A stretch of DNA of 63,093 nucleotides, the filler included, from Choristocarpus tenellus KU-1152 (Eukaryota; Protista; Phaeophyceae): NCBI GenBank assembly GCA_964200185.2. It is 12 parts of 12 records of this genome, joined end to end, with 100 filler letters (N's around TTAATTAATTAA, not from the genome) between each part and the next. Parts side by side here need not be neighbours in the genome. Positions count along the whole stretch, not along the records: positions 22,082 to 29,142 come from CAXNAD020006768.1; positions 29,243 to 33,930 come from CAXNAD020013458.1; positions 34,031 to 42,823 come from CAXNAD020004326.1; 9 more parts are not named here. One strand, 5' to 3'. This document shows, piece by piece, positions 25,652-37,500 of this stretch (the first letter of the stretch is position 1; every line of letters starts with the position of its first letter). Made by a program: the position numbers and the translations under genes. The notes below the pieces were generated by a model that ran no database searches, was not told where the DNA came from, and saw nothing but the letters and a program-made list of their open reading frames with translations.

Positions 25652-27899
25652 TTATCCACTGGAACTCCTTTTTGTCTTCATTCTTGACAGCAGCTCCTTT
25701 TGCTTTTCTGTCAGTTCCCTCCTCTTTCCTTCTTTGTTGGCACTTCCCTGGACCCTAGCCACACATGTGTTCTCAGCGTGAGCCGGAGAACTCCTTTTGT
25801 CTGACTTGCCTTCTTGTTCCTTCATGAAAGGAGTGTGAAAGGGAATGAGGGAGGAGAATGAGGAAGGAGAGGGAATAGGTTACAACAATACATTGCAAGA
25901 TGACATTTGTCACTCTTGTGTGGAAGATCTGGTCCGACTGCTGCCAACTCCAACAGTCTTCGATCACAACTGGAGTTCAATAACTTCTAAATGTAGACAG
26001 GAACATTGACTGCATTATGCTAGTTTGGAAATAATATGAGAGGCGTTGTAAAGTAAACTCTACAATGTTCCACAACTTGTACCAGAGGCCTTACCCTAAC
26101 CCTAGCCTTCAAAACCCATGAGAGTGGGAACTAAAAGAACCTTAATCAGACAGATTGTTGCTAACGTTGTTGTTGTTATTATTATTATTTTGACAAATCA
26201 AGAGGAGCCTTCAGTTGACTCTTTCTGTTTCAGCAACCAACAGCATTAGTGTAAAATATAAGAAGCACAGTCTGTTGTTTCAGGGAGCTTGTGCAGGAAC
26301 TGGGGGAGAATTGTGATGTACTCACAGCACACCAATCAAAAGGAGAAAGCTGACAGCTTTTGTTTGCTTGCACTAAACAGTGATGCCTTTCTCAGAGGGG
26401 TTTACAAGAATGGTACTGCTAAGGCAGGTACACTTGTACAAAACATGTAAAACCATCAAACTATGTCAAGGCATTTAATCACTGAGTACAATTTTGGGAG
26501 TGTTACTGGGTTCTTCAACTCTGGGAAACCTTGAAGGGGGTGGCCAAAGCACAAGAATCTCAACTTGATGGTGCAAAACTTGTCATCCCTGCAATGACCA
26601 AATCAGTGATATTGATTATCCTCTTGTTCATAAGAGTGGCGCCAAAAAACCCGGCAAAAAACTGGCATCTTTATGTCAGTGCTACAAAAAACAGGCAGTT
26701 GCTTGGCAAGCCTCCACAAGAAGAAGTGGACTGTGTCATCACAGGAGATATTGATGATGCACCACCATTACCACAGGAAACCTCACAATATTGTGAGAAG
26801 AGATGAATTGATGCCACTCAACAAAAATCAAAATTTTACGCAGCTTGGTGGATAAGTTCAACATACAGGATTATTTCCTCAGTTAAGCAAATTTCTTGGG
26901 TCAAATAATCTAGTTGCACGTGCTTTGTAACCGTCGAACAGACAAAAAAAAGATACAGAAAGAACAAAAGGATAGTTCATGCCCTCACGTCAGTATGTAA
27001 AATAGTCCATTGGAACTAAATTCTAACGACCAATCATGTCGCAAATCTATTCAACGACTCACCGGCCCTCCTCCAACGGCCCAGCCCCCAATGTTGGCAG
27101 CACGGTTGACCCACCGTGGTATCCGCTTTCCTAATAAAACAAAGCACAACTCATCAGCGAAGTGATTGCAATTGCGCCGGGCGATGTTATAGCTCCCAGC
27201 ATGGAATCCATCGTCACACATGGAGCGGATTATGCCGTGGAGGTCATTTGCGCTGCCGATGAACTCTCCCATAACCTAAGCACGTGTTCACGATGGTGCG
27301 AGGAAGCAACATCACGTTTTCGCAGTCATGGACAAGACCATACGAGTGGCGGAAATTGAGCTTGATAAGGCAGGGGATGCGAGAGGTAGAGGTCAGGTAG
27401 GGATTAATCAGCTCAGCAAAACAGAGATGGATGGTGCAACTTACCTCCGAAGTTTTGAATCTGCAGTGCTCCCCCTCCACTCTCCTCGGCGCATGCTGTA
27501 CGACCCCAGCTTCGCTAAAAGTATATTCAACCCCACCAATCTCTACTCCACTATGATAAAGACCTAAACCAATGTGCTGGAGCCAGGAATTGGACTGGTG
27601 AAGGTCATATACCTGGTGGTACGTGAGGGGGACAGAGCAGGACGTGGGCATGGAGGGGTTTGAGGAAGGACGTACCTACAAAATGAGAGGTTGTACCATT
27701 GGAGACGCGGAAGATGAGATGAAGAATGAGCGTTTACGGAAAATTCGCTGATCCTCAACCATAGTGCTGAGAAATTTGGCATAGGTGGGTGAAATGAAAG
27801 TGGCGATTTGTATAGGTGGAGGGGAGGGTATCAACATGCATCGGAAAAAGTTCTTACTCTCACATTCACTTTAATACATCGAGACTGAAAAGAGGCCAT
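25652..27899 (-). CDS. DESI2: PPPDE/DeSI-family deSUMOylating/deubiquitinating isopeptidase (C97), complete, about 194 aa
   Basis: Exons 27899-27864, 27612-27445, 27275-27063 and 25819-25652, all phase 0 and GT-AG. Translation: MASFQSRCIKVN|VYDL..GLYHSGVEIGGVEYTF..|..YNIARRNCNHFADELC..IPRWVNRAA..|..RRELTEKQKELLSRMK..*. The catalytic H (YHSG) and C (NCNHF) are intact. Confidence 0.92.
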
Positions 27900-29072
27900 C
27901 GCGATTATGGAGGTAGTCTGTGCCTAGGAGTGTGTCTCTATTGCATCTAGTTAATATGACACTGAGGACACAACCCCTGTTCGTTTGTTCTGCGCCACCT
28001 CTGGGTACTTTCAAAATATTTGATGTAGTGGTGTTAATAGTCTGTTGAAGGTATAGTTGGAGAGGTGCAGAAGGAAGAACTTTACGGTAATGCCATATAT
28101 ACGTATCTATACGTCCTCTACCAATAGTGGTTTTATATTAATAATTTATCCTAAATAACAACATCGGTTTTCGATACGGATTTTTTTGGGGGGGGGCAAG
28201 TGTTTTAACCAGATTTTCAATTTTCTGATTACAACTATGAGTGCAAGTCAAAAATCTGTAGTTCCCCCGAACGGTACAATACAATACAAATACGTAGATA
28301 TATTTTCATAGATTTTTTTTTTGATGTTGTGGAGATGGAGATTATTATGTACGTTTTGTATGATGTATTATATTGTTATGCCCTCTGACTTCATGCATTA
28401 TATTATGGAGATACTTATTCTATTATATTACTTATTACGATCCCCTCTAAGATTTTGGACATTTGTCAACCCAATACCAAACGTATATTTTATTATTATG
28501 CCCTCTCGCATTTTGGAGATGTGTCAGGAGAATGTGAGATATCATGAGATATTATATTTTTTACAATTAAATTCATTTATAGATATACCACCAACATATA
28601 TATTTTTTTACATTTTTTTACATGTGCCAAATATTGAACAGAAACTTCAGGGGGGTGGAAAACCGAATCAAAACTCTATGACAAGGATGAGTACTACAAC
28701 GTTACCATGTCCTCACAACGAGATGCAGTTACGTCCCAACCACAAGGTCTTTTTTTACCCTCGTCGTGGTTTGACTCTCAACACCTCCATTATTGTGGAA
28801 AGTTTGGGTGCCTTGGACAGCAAGAAGAAAGTTTCTTGGATGACTTAAGCCACCCACACAGTAGGGGGGAGAGGGGCAGGAGGAAATTCTAGGAAAGGGA
28901 CTACGAAGTTCCGTTTGAGATAGTTGACAGTAGTGTTCCTGGCACAAGTGCCTTTATTGTCAAGACGAGTCATGCGTTTCAAGCTAAGGACACCACCAGG
29001 CAGGTGGGCAAGAAGGGGCCTGTCAGATTCTTGGATGCTTCCCTACCTCCTCGTCCACGTCAATAGGGCTAA

Positions 29073-29142
29073 GGCTCAAAGTATATGGGGGGGGGGTGGC
29101 GGCTTTCCATTTCGGGTCAATTTTTTCATGTCGCGATTTTTG
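29073..29142. mobile_element. MITE family B left end preceded by TAA
   Basis: taa|ggctcaaagtatatgggggg..tccatttcgg..catgtcgcgattttt. Confidence 0.75.
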
Positions 29143-29242
29143 NNNNNNNNNNNNNNNNNNNNNNNNNNNNNNNNNNNNNNNNNNNNTTAATTAATTAANN
29201 NNNNNNNNNNNNNNNNNNNNNNNNNNNNNNNNNNNNNNNNNN

Positions 29243-29432
29243 TCTTGCCGCGATCGGCATCGGGGGGGGGGTGGTGTCGGCTGTCCATTTGGGGCCTATT
29301 TTTCCTTGTCGTGATTCTTGGGTGAATTTGGTTGCATTCGTCGGATGGATAGCGCAAGTTATTTCTCCTGGTGTCAGGGGCCGAATGGACACCCTGGTGT
29401 AGACCCCCTCCCCCCCTTAGATACTTTGAGCC
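29243..29432. mobile_element. MITE family B (variant) right part
   Basis: Internal match to 52567-52747; ends agatactttgagcc. Confidence 0.75.
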
Positions 29433-29763
29433 CAATCTATTGATCCAACCCATGTAACCATGTACGACCAGATTATGGGAGACATGTGTGCGCGCTTATG
29501 TTAACACCAGATCCCTCGAGGACACTAGCGCAGATCAGGCAAGCGTTAGCTCCTTCCTTGAAACCATTAATGTTTCTTCGTGGGAAGATTTTGTCACTGC
29601 TAGCCTCAAGGAGTTTTGGGTTCCCAACCCCACGGATAGAATATTCCCCAACATGATTGACATGCGTCAGGAACCAAATGAGGATGTTGGAGTTTGTAAG
29701 ACAAGTGACTGAGTCCATTGAGGCTTTTTTGGCATGAGTTGAGAATTAACCCCCAAAACCGGA

Positions 29764-29837
29764 CTGACCTCGATCCAGTCGAACTCACTCCTGCCGAACT
29801 GACCTCGATCCAGTCGAACTCACTCCTGCCGAACTGA
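29764..29837. repeat. Perfect 35-bp tandem duplication
   Basis: ctgacctcgatccagtcgaactcactcctgccgaa x2. Confidence 0.9.
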
Positions 29838-31309
29838 GTGTCCTGCTCACTGGCCGACTCTGGTACTCTTCATTCAATGCGGGTGTTTTCCCATCAATCC
29901 CTGTTGTATTATGTTCGACCCCTGAGCAGTAAGATATCTTTACCACGCTGGTTGATTCTGCCGTGGGTCAAGCGTCGACCATGTCAAGCATGGAGAGGGG
30001 ATAATTTGCTCATGTAGTCACATAAAGTGTATCTGTTGACAACCTGGATAGCTTACACATGACAGACCTCAGATTCGTGGATATGGGCCCCCCGTTAAAC
30101 GTAGCGAAAGGCTTAGCTGTGGAAAGTCCTTGAAAGAGGCCCCCTTCGAGATTCATCGACTGGAGGAAAAACGCCGTACCCCTGCGCTTTCTAAGACTCC
30201 ATGAACACTTCCGATAAGGAAACCAAAAAATTGCCACAAGCAGGACATGTAACAACTGTTGCGCACCTGCTATTTCTTGCTCCTCACAACCTCTTTTGGG
30301 CGTGAGTGAAGTTTCAATTCAACCTCAAATGTGTTGTTCCACTTTTTCATACTACTGGCACACATCAGCCATCCAACACTAATCTAACTCCCCTTGCAGG
30401 CTGAATGTTTCATCTCGCTGTGTACGAATTCTTCTGGATATGTAGATAATGAACCTCTATTGAACATTACTGTTGATACTAGTAATCCCACTCAGGTACA
30501 TTCAGGTCCACTCAACTCTTTGCAAGGTACCCATTCGGGAGATTTCAGCAGGTGCGCTGAATTGAAAAGGAGTTGGTGGTAGACCTCTATCTGTTCACGG
30601 TTTCATTCAATTACACTACGGCTTGGTGACATATCAATGCCTGTCCAAGCAGTTGTCATACCTAACTTGGGAGTAGATGAAATTTTATTGGAAAGCAGCA
30701 CCATGCCAGAGTTTGGGGGCAGTGCTAGATTGGGATAAGGAGGAAATATCATTTTAAAACAGTGATAAATGCATTCCAGCAACTCGCAAATTATACCACT
30801 TCCCTTCTGTTCCCCTTCAGGTTATGTTTGTTAGACTGCAAATCCGTCACCTCATATTCAATTTCAGTGATCACATTTGTATTCACTACACCAGTGCATA
30901 CAGAAAAAAATCTTCCCCTTGGCACGGAAACGCTTGTCCCAGTTTGTTTTGAGGCACTCAGAGGAACACCTACTGATGCAGTGGTGGAACCTATCATTCA
31001 TACTGGGCCAGAACTTCAGCAAGAGGACGACATACACCCCACAGGCAACATATAATGGTTAGTTGAATCCTCCCTGCTTGGGAGGAAGATGGAAGATGTT
31101 TAGTTAAAATTGCCAATTTATCTCAAAAAGTGGTCGAGCTACAAGCAAATTCTGCAGTTGGTAGTATCTCCCTTGAGTCAATTACACATTCCCTTTCAGA
31201 TGTTACCACAAGTGCAGTTGCAGTCACACCCTCTACTCCCGAAGAACCGAAACAAGATAGGGATGATTGGGATAATTTTTTCTAAGGCGTTTGCAAACAC
31301 ACAACTGAT

Positions 31310-31567
31310 TAGTCAAAGTATCTTAGAGGGTAGAGCCGCGTCCGTTTGGGGGCCAATATCCAACGTTGCGATTTTGATTGAACTTTGGCTATCGTGTTTG
31401 TTAGGAAGTGCCAATATCCATGTATCGGACGCACCTTTTCATAACGTACATACTTAACCTACTCCAGAACATTTCGGAGTAGGAAAATATCGTAAAAAAC
31501 CCGTTGGAAGCCAACCCCCAAACAGATAAACAGGGCAAACTCGTACCCTCTATATGATGCTTCACCC
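31310..31567. mobile_element. MITE family A full-length copy inside the Gypsy relic
   Basis: agtcaaagtatcttagagggtagagccgc ... ctcgtaccctctatatgatgcttc; colinear with 3489-3746. Confidence 0.85.
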
Positions 31568-32438
31568 TGGTGTGTTCTGAACAAGAGGAATTATGAGATA
31601 TTGTGGCTAAATTGAGACCAGTCTTTTCGTTTTCTGAAAATGAATTAGGTTGCTGCACCACTACTTCTGTTGACTTTCAACTACAACCAGGCACTAAACC
31701 GGTTAGTAGACCACTGCATCACGCAGCACTGAAATTTTACGACACCATCCTCAGAGTGTGACTGATATGGAAAAGCAGGGCATCATTAAACCTCATCCAG
31801 TCCGCGGGCATCCCCAGTCACCATTGTCGCAAAGCCTGATGGATCTCCTCGGTTCTGTGTGGATTTTAGAGGATTCATAAATAAACATTTGATACGTAAT
31901 TCATGGCCTTTGCCATACATGGACGAGTGTTTTTCCACTTTGGGGGATTCAAAATACTTATCTTGTCTAGATATCCAATCAGCCTACAGGCAACTACTGA
32001 TGATTAAGGAGAGTACACAACAAAAAACTGCATTCGTCACATTAGATGGGAAATATGAGTTGCAGGGGTTACCATTTGCAGTACAAAATGCAGTGTGGAT
32101 CTTCCAACGCTTCATGTCCGAAAACATTTCCACAATCGGTCCTAGCTCTGGGTTTTTAGCCCCTCCATTTTGGGCACACGATAAACAGTTAATCACTACG
32201 GTGTTGTCAATCTTACAAATGGTACGGGCTACGTTGAAGCCATCCAAGGCTGAATTTGGCTCAATATAAATCCATTGTTTGGGATATGATGTTAGTTCAC
32301 AAGGAATAGCTATATTACAAACTCGTATTCAAGCTACTTTAGAATGCATCCCCCTCAAACTGCGAAAGGCTTACATCTTTCTTGGGCTCTATGAGCTTTG
32401 TCAGGAAGTACATTCCTCACCTAGTCACAGCAGCAGAA

Positions 32439-32588
32439 AACAGCCGATTTCAAAAATTGAGGATGGAGCTTTTCATTGAGGATGGGCTTGACCCAAAATT
32501 GACAGGGATAAAGTGTCGATATGTATTTTTTTGTATCGGCTCCATCCTCAATGAAAAGCTCCATCCTCAATTTTTGAAATCGGCTGTT
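32439..32588. mobile_element. MITE family C, complete 150-bp copy with 47-bp perfect TIRs and TSD AGAA
   Basis: agaa|aacagccgatttcaaaaattgaggatggagcttttcattgaggatgg ... ccatcctcaatgaaaagctccatcctcaatttttgaaatcggctgtt|agaa. Confidence 0.9.
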
Positions 32589-33680
32589 AGAACTGTTAGT
32601 TGAATTGATTTTCACCATGCACGAAAGGAAGTGCAAAGAGAGAACACACACCACCCCAAGAAATAAAAAAATGATAAAAGTGGTGTGATGAACATGCATT
32701 ATCATTATTTGTGGTTGCAATACTATCGACATAAGGCATATTCGATATCTCCTCATTGCTCACCTTAATCCTGACTGTGGTTATATTTCAACTTCGGAAA
32801 AACACGACGAGCGAGGAGAGTTGTATACGTTGTGGTTATTGTCCGATTAGGGGAGTCGTTTGTGTTGTGATTGGTGCATTGATCTCCTATTTCGCCAAAT
32901 CATGTGGGTGAGGTTGAAACGCAAACACATAATTTATTTATTTGTATTCGATTCGGAAGTTGGGTTAAAAATTCTGAAACTACATTAAACTTTTCCGACT
33001 TGATCAGTTCTTTCCTTTGGTGAACTGTGGATTTTATAGGATTATTATATTAGAATATATAGGAAAAGCTTTGCATTTCGATTCCATATATACGACATGA
33101 AACAAATTATTTGACTTGTTAGTATAATATTTCTTCTGTGTTGGGGAGAAAGCAGGAGAAAAATCCCTGTGATACGACTGATGGAATCATATTATATCCC
33201 ATTTGTCTCAACCTAACTCGCTCCTCCATGTATAGATGTCGAGGATAGGGGGGAAGGTTGACGCAATTAGATATTTTGGCGTTTCACACACAAGGAAACT
33301 ACGATCGATCATGAACATACAAAGAAAAGTACTCAGTCAGGAGATCATAGGAAGAGTAGATGCAAAAAGTTTGTTTGGACATACCCTCAGTGAAGATAGA
33401 AAGAAGGGGAACGGAGGCTTCCTGGTATTGAGCGTTGTACTGGTTCTCGATGATAGATAGTATTTACACGCGATGGTAAACATGATCATAGTATTAATAG
33501 TAGGACTTGGAACTGGTAGTAGTAGTAGTATAGTGAAATACTATTAAGAAGATTCCAGGAATAGTTGAAAATGCGAGTACCATTGACGCGTTACACGTAT
33601 ATATGGAAGAAACTCGCCACTTGTTCCAAATTAAACGGATTGCTACTAAACGTGATATAATAGGTGAAAGAAGATCCATT

Positions 33681-33930
33681 AACAGCCTCTCAGCGAAATT
33701 GAGGATGGAGCATACTATGGAGGATGGGTTTGACCCAAAATTGTCCTGGAAAAAGTGTCGATATGTTTATTTTTTGTAAATGTTGCGGCACTTTTTAAGG
33801 GCCCCTTTTTGAATGGGATATTATATGTTTGTTCAAAACTATTTCGGTGCTTGTGGAGGGCACCGCTACGATTTGGAAGCGACCTCGACCGAGCCAAAGG
33901 TATTACGACAGATACGCCCTCCTGGGGGGG
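33681..33930. mobile_element. MITE family C2, truncated by the contig end
   Basis: aacagcctctcagcgaaattgaggatggagc..; matches the reverse complement of 22082-22255. Confidence 0.75.
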
Positions 33931-34528
33931 NNNNNNNNNNNNNNNNNNNNNNNNNNNNNNNNNNNNNNNNNNNNTTAATTAATTAANNNNNNNNNNNNNN
34001 NNNNNNNNNNNNNNNNNNNNNNNNNNNNNNGGGTAACGATATTTTCGTTTCTGCATGTCGTGTTATCGACTCCCCACATGTCAAGTTGAGGCAAATAGTG
34101 TTCCATCTGCTAAGAAGGAGATTACATCCTTTCCATACATCGAGCCACATATTTCTCGTTCTTTATTGATCACCCGTTCCTCTTCCTTCTAGAACCTCCT
34201 CTCTCCTCTCCTGATGCACCCGCTCCAACCCAATCAGGTTAGGGTAACGGTCCGTAGTCTACCGTGTAGTTCTTCCCATCGACGTCAATTATGTATCTCC
34301 CACCCAAATAGTTGACTTTGGATGTGTGATGATTCCTATTAAACACTCTGTTACTCCTGAAGTGGACATGTGGTCACATGTGTAACTTGTCTTGTGACTG
34401 AATAGGGAACCATCTTTCTATTATGTTTCATTACCATCATTGCTATTTTTTTCTAGGATACTGCCAGGTCTAATGTGTTTTTCTCTCTCTCTCTCTCTCT
34501 CTCTCTGCATGTGTGTGTGCATTGACAG

Positions 34529-37500
34529 GTGTGCAACGCAAGTCGCGAAGTTGCAGCACTCAAGGCCAAGCCCTACTATTCTGAGGGGATCAATTCCGGT
34601 GGTAGTGGTAGGCTATATTGGGGCAGAACCAGCAGCACCTGTGGAACAACAGCATCAGCTGGGAGCTGTAGCAACTGCCATATTGAGGAAAATGTGAAGG
34701 CGGCAGGAGACAGAACTGTGTTTCATGGGGATCTGAAGGTGATGAGAGGGATTTGAGATCTCACAATAGAGATTGAGTGTAGGAGAGGGGGACTGCTGCT
34801 CTTGATTGTTGGTGGGATGGGAAGCAGGGTAGTAGGGGAGGTTGAATCTGACCCCATTGGAAAATATGGTGGGAGATTATGTTGAAAATGGGAAGATACT
34901 AGTGATTTCACTATTTCTAGGATCACTTGTTCTTTTTATTTCATTTTTTTAATACACAAGCCATTATATCAGTGCTGAGTGCAGAACCCCCCACCCTCCT
35001 CTCCCACACATTCACACACCTTTCTTGCTTACAGACTTGCCCTTGCTGTTGTGCACAATTCCATTTTTGTGAACCCTCATCTGTTCTCCCTTCATGCACA
35101 GGGCTCATCGTTGTTCTGCATGATAGAGTTACTGGTTGCTGTAACTTACTGACCTCTTCCTTCCTTGGGGATCTGTAACAACTACTTGCTGTTTGAACTT
35201 TCTTTTGTGAAGGAATCCTTTGTTGTTGATCTGATACAACGGGTAGCCACTGCACACAGCCTCCACGTCAGAGAACTGGAAGCAAACACCCTTGACACTC
35301 CAGAGCTCCTTGATTCCCTCAGCAGGTGATACATGCAAATGTTGTTAAGAATATCTTGTGTTGGTGTCAGAGAAGTTGCCTCTTTGCTTTTACACATATT
35401 TTTTCGAGTGAAGCGTGACTACTGGTAGGTTCAACATTATGTTTTGCAAGGGAACATTATGCATGGTTGAGTTTGAACTTTCAGCATGGTTGGGTTACAA
35501 AGACACATTTTCACTGATCTCCACACTTCGTACTCGCCATCCTAAGAGGCAGAATGATTGCTTGGAAATTTTCCCCCAATGATACCCCTCCTCTTCCTGA
35601 TGGGTAGGCATGGAAAAAATTGAACTGTCATTTAAAATCCCTCAACTGTTAAATATGTCTTCAACTCCTGAGGGTCTCTACCCAGGACGTGATGCATCCA
35701 AAGAATGTGTTCACTTGAGCACCTTGAATGTAAATACTATGCTGGCTTTGGAAAACCTTGAACTCCCAACCCCTGCAATAGACTTTTCCAAATATGAGTG
35801 TTTGAGATATGGTGATTTTAAACTGCAGTCTTTATCTTGTGCTTGGTATCACAACTGGAAGTACAGTGCATTGTGTTCAACCATGGTTCTGGGTATTAGC
35901 TATTGTTAGATTGGAGGCGGTGTATATTTGTACCTATCCCCCCTTCCCTTCTTACCCTAACCCTAAATTCTACTGATTTAAAAAGATAGTTCAGCGGATT
36001 GTTGGTTCTGATGCTGTTATACTCTCTGGCGAGGTCATGGTCTGTGATGCGTTCTTTATTAGTTTATAATTCCCTGTTGGTCATTTTGAACTTGAAATTT
36101 ACATACAGGCTGTGTACCTACACATACACGCTTAGTTCCATCATCAAAATTTGGGTGAGCACGAATAGACCCCCCTACAGCACAGCCCATCTTGTCTACA
36201 TAGGCACAGCTCGACCCTGCTAAGCACTCACAGGCCCACCCTGTGCCATTCCTTGAGGTTCCGCTGGAGCACCTTGGTTGCTGGCAGGTGGAACTTGTCT
36301 TTTCTCCACGCACAGACCACACAATCCCCCCCCCCCGGGCCTTTCCTCCTGGCGCTGCTCCACCCTTGTGGTTGCTTAGTTGCGGGTGTTTTTCTCTTTC
36401 CCCCACTGCGCAGCCCCCATGCGTTTAGCTAGGCATAACAACATCCACTGTTCCTTTCCACCTGGGCCAGTGGGTACTACTACCTGGCAGAGCATCTCCT
36501 CCTCTTTCCTCCATAATGCTGCCTTCCCCTGATACCACTCACGTCACAGTATTCCACCCTGCAGTGCCCTATCTTGATCAAAGGAAGTGGGCAGTAGCAC
36601 GTTACAGTTGGTGCAACTGAGACACAGGAATAGTAACAGTTCACACAATTATCGCTCGACTGCTCTGTCACAAGATGTTCGTCTCGGTTCTTGGAACCCT
36701 CTCGGTGGGAAAAAATATGTTGACAAACCAAGAAGAAATAATCTGAAACTTGAGGTGCTGGGATGAAGCTCACAAGAGGATGTTCCCAGGATCTCCCGGG
36801 AAAACAGGAGCGACCATCTTCTCTACAAGTTAGTCTGAGCAATTAGATAGGAACACATCAATAAATGGAGTGCAGGTCACTCTCCCATCTTCGTCCCTTG
36901 GATCCCTCACCTGAAATAACCCACGTCATTCTCGCTTTTGGGAAGGTCTAATGAAGTGGAAGTCCTTACCCCAATGCGTCCACATCGTCCTTAAACTACA
37001 CCCTCACGGTTTCCTTTCCGATCGACTGGAAGTAGGCGATGACGCGATTTCCTTGATATAATTGTCTACAAACCCACTCTCTGCCACGTCCCACCCCATC
37101 ACATCATTGCAACCGTGAGTACGATTGGAGTGAGAAGTAGTGCCAGACTGCGAATAAACATTGGTTGCCGAGGGTACGAAGTGGCAATCGAGTCAAATAT
37201 CCCTGAGACATGCTCGTATGCGTTTTTGTGTGGAAGTAGGGGTTACTACAAGTTGTTGATTGATATTTGTTGAAGTACGACAATTCTTATTGTTGTGGTG
37301 TTGTGCGTAGATCGCTCCACTCGCCATCGTGTGATTTGAAGGCGAGAAAGTAACATAGTAGTATTAAGAGTAGTGTCAGTGGGTGGTAGTTGTTCGTAGA
37401 GACAGTATTGAAGTGTAAGTGTGTTTGCACAAAAAGAAATTCACTGTATAAAAGTCTGAAGTATCACCCCATCATACAGTATTTGAACTACCATGTTGAT

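Larger units (their letters stand above)
29470..32438 (+). mobile_element. Decayed Ty3/Gypsy retrotransposon (gag-protease-RT), interrupted by MITEs A and C
   Basis: Gag-like SWEDFVTASLKEF. RT motifs ASPVTIVAKPDGSPRFCVDFR, WPLPYMDECFSTLGDSKYLSCLDIQSAY, KTAFVTLDGKYE and LPFAVQNAVWIFQRFM, followed by LKPSKAEF and LGYDVSSQGI. YxDD is missing and there are frameshifts. Confidence 0.9.

Noticed and set aside
27676-27699. Apparent first exon MVQPLIL-TAG in frame with VYDL, suggesting stop-codon reassignment
   Set aside because: A better exon 1 (27899-27864, MASFQSRCIKVN|gtgaga) exists, and the long exons contain no in-frame TAG/TAA, so the code is standard.
33180-33680. AT-rich coding-like stretch
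   Set aside because: Fragmented frames with no identifiable family.
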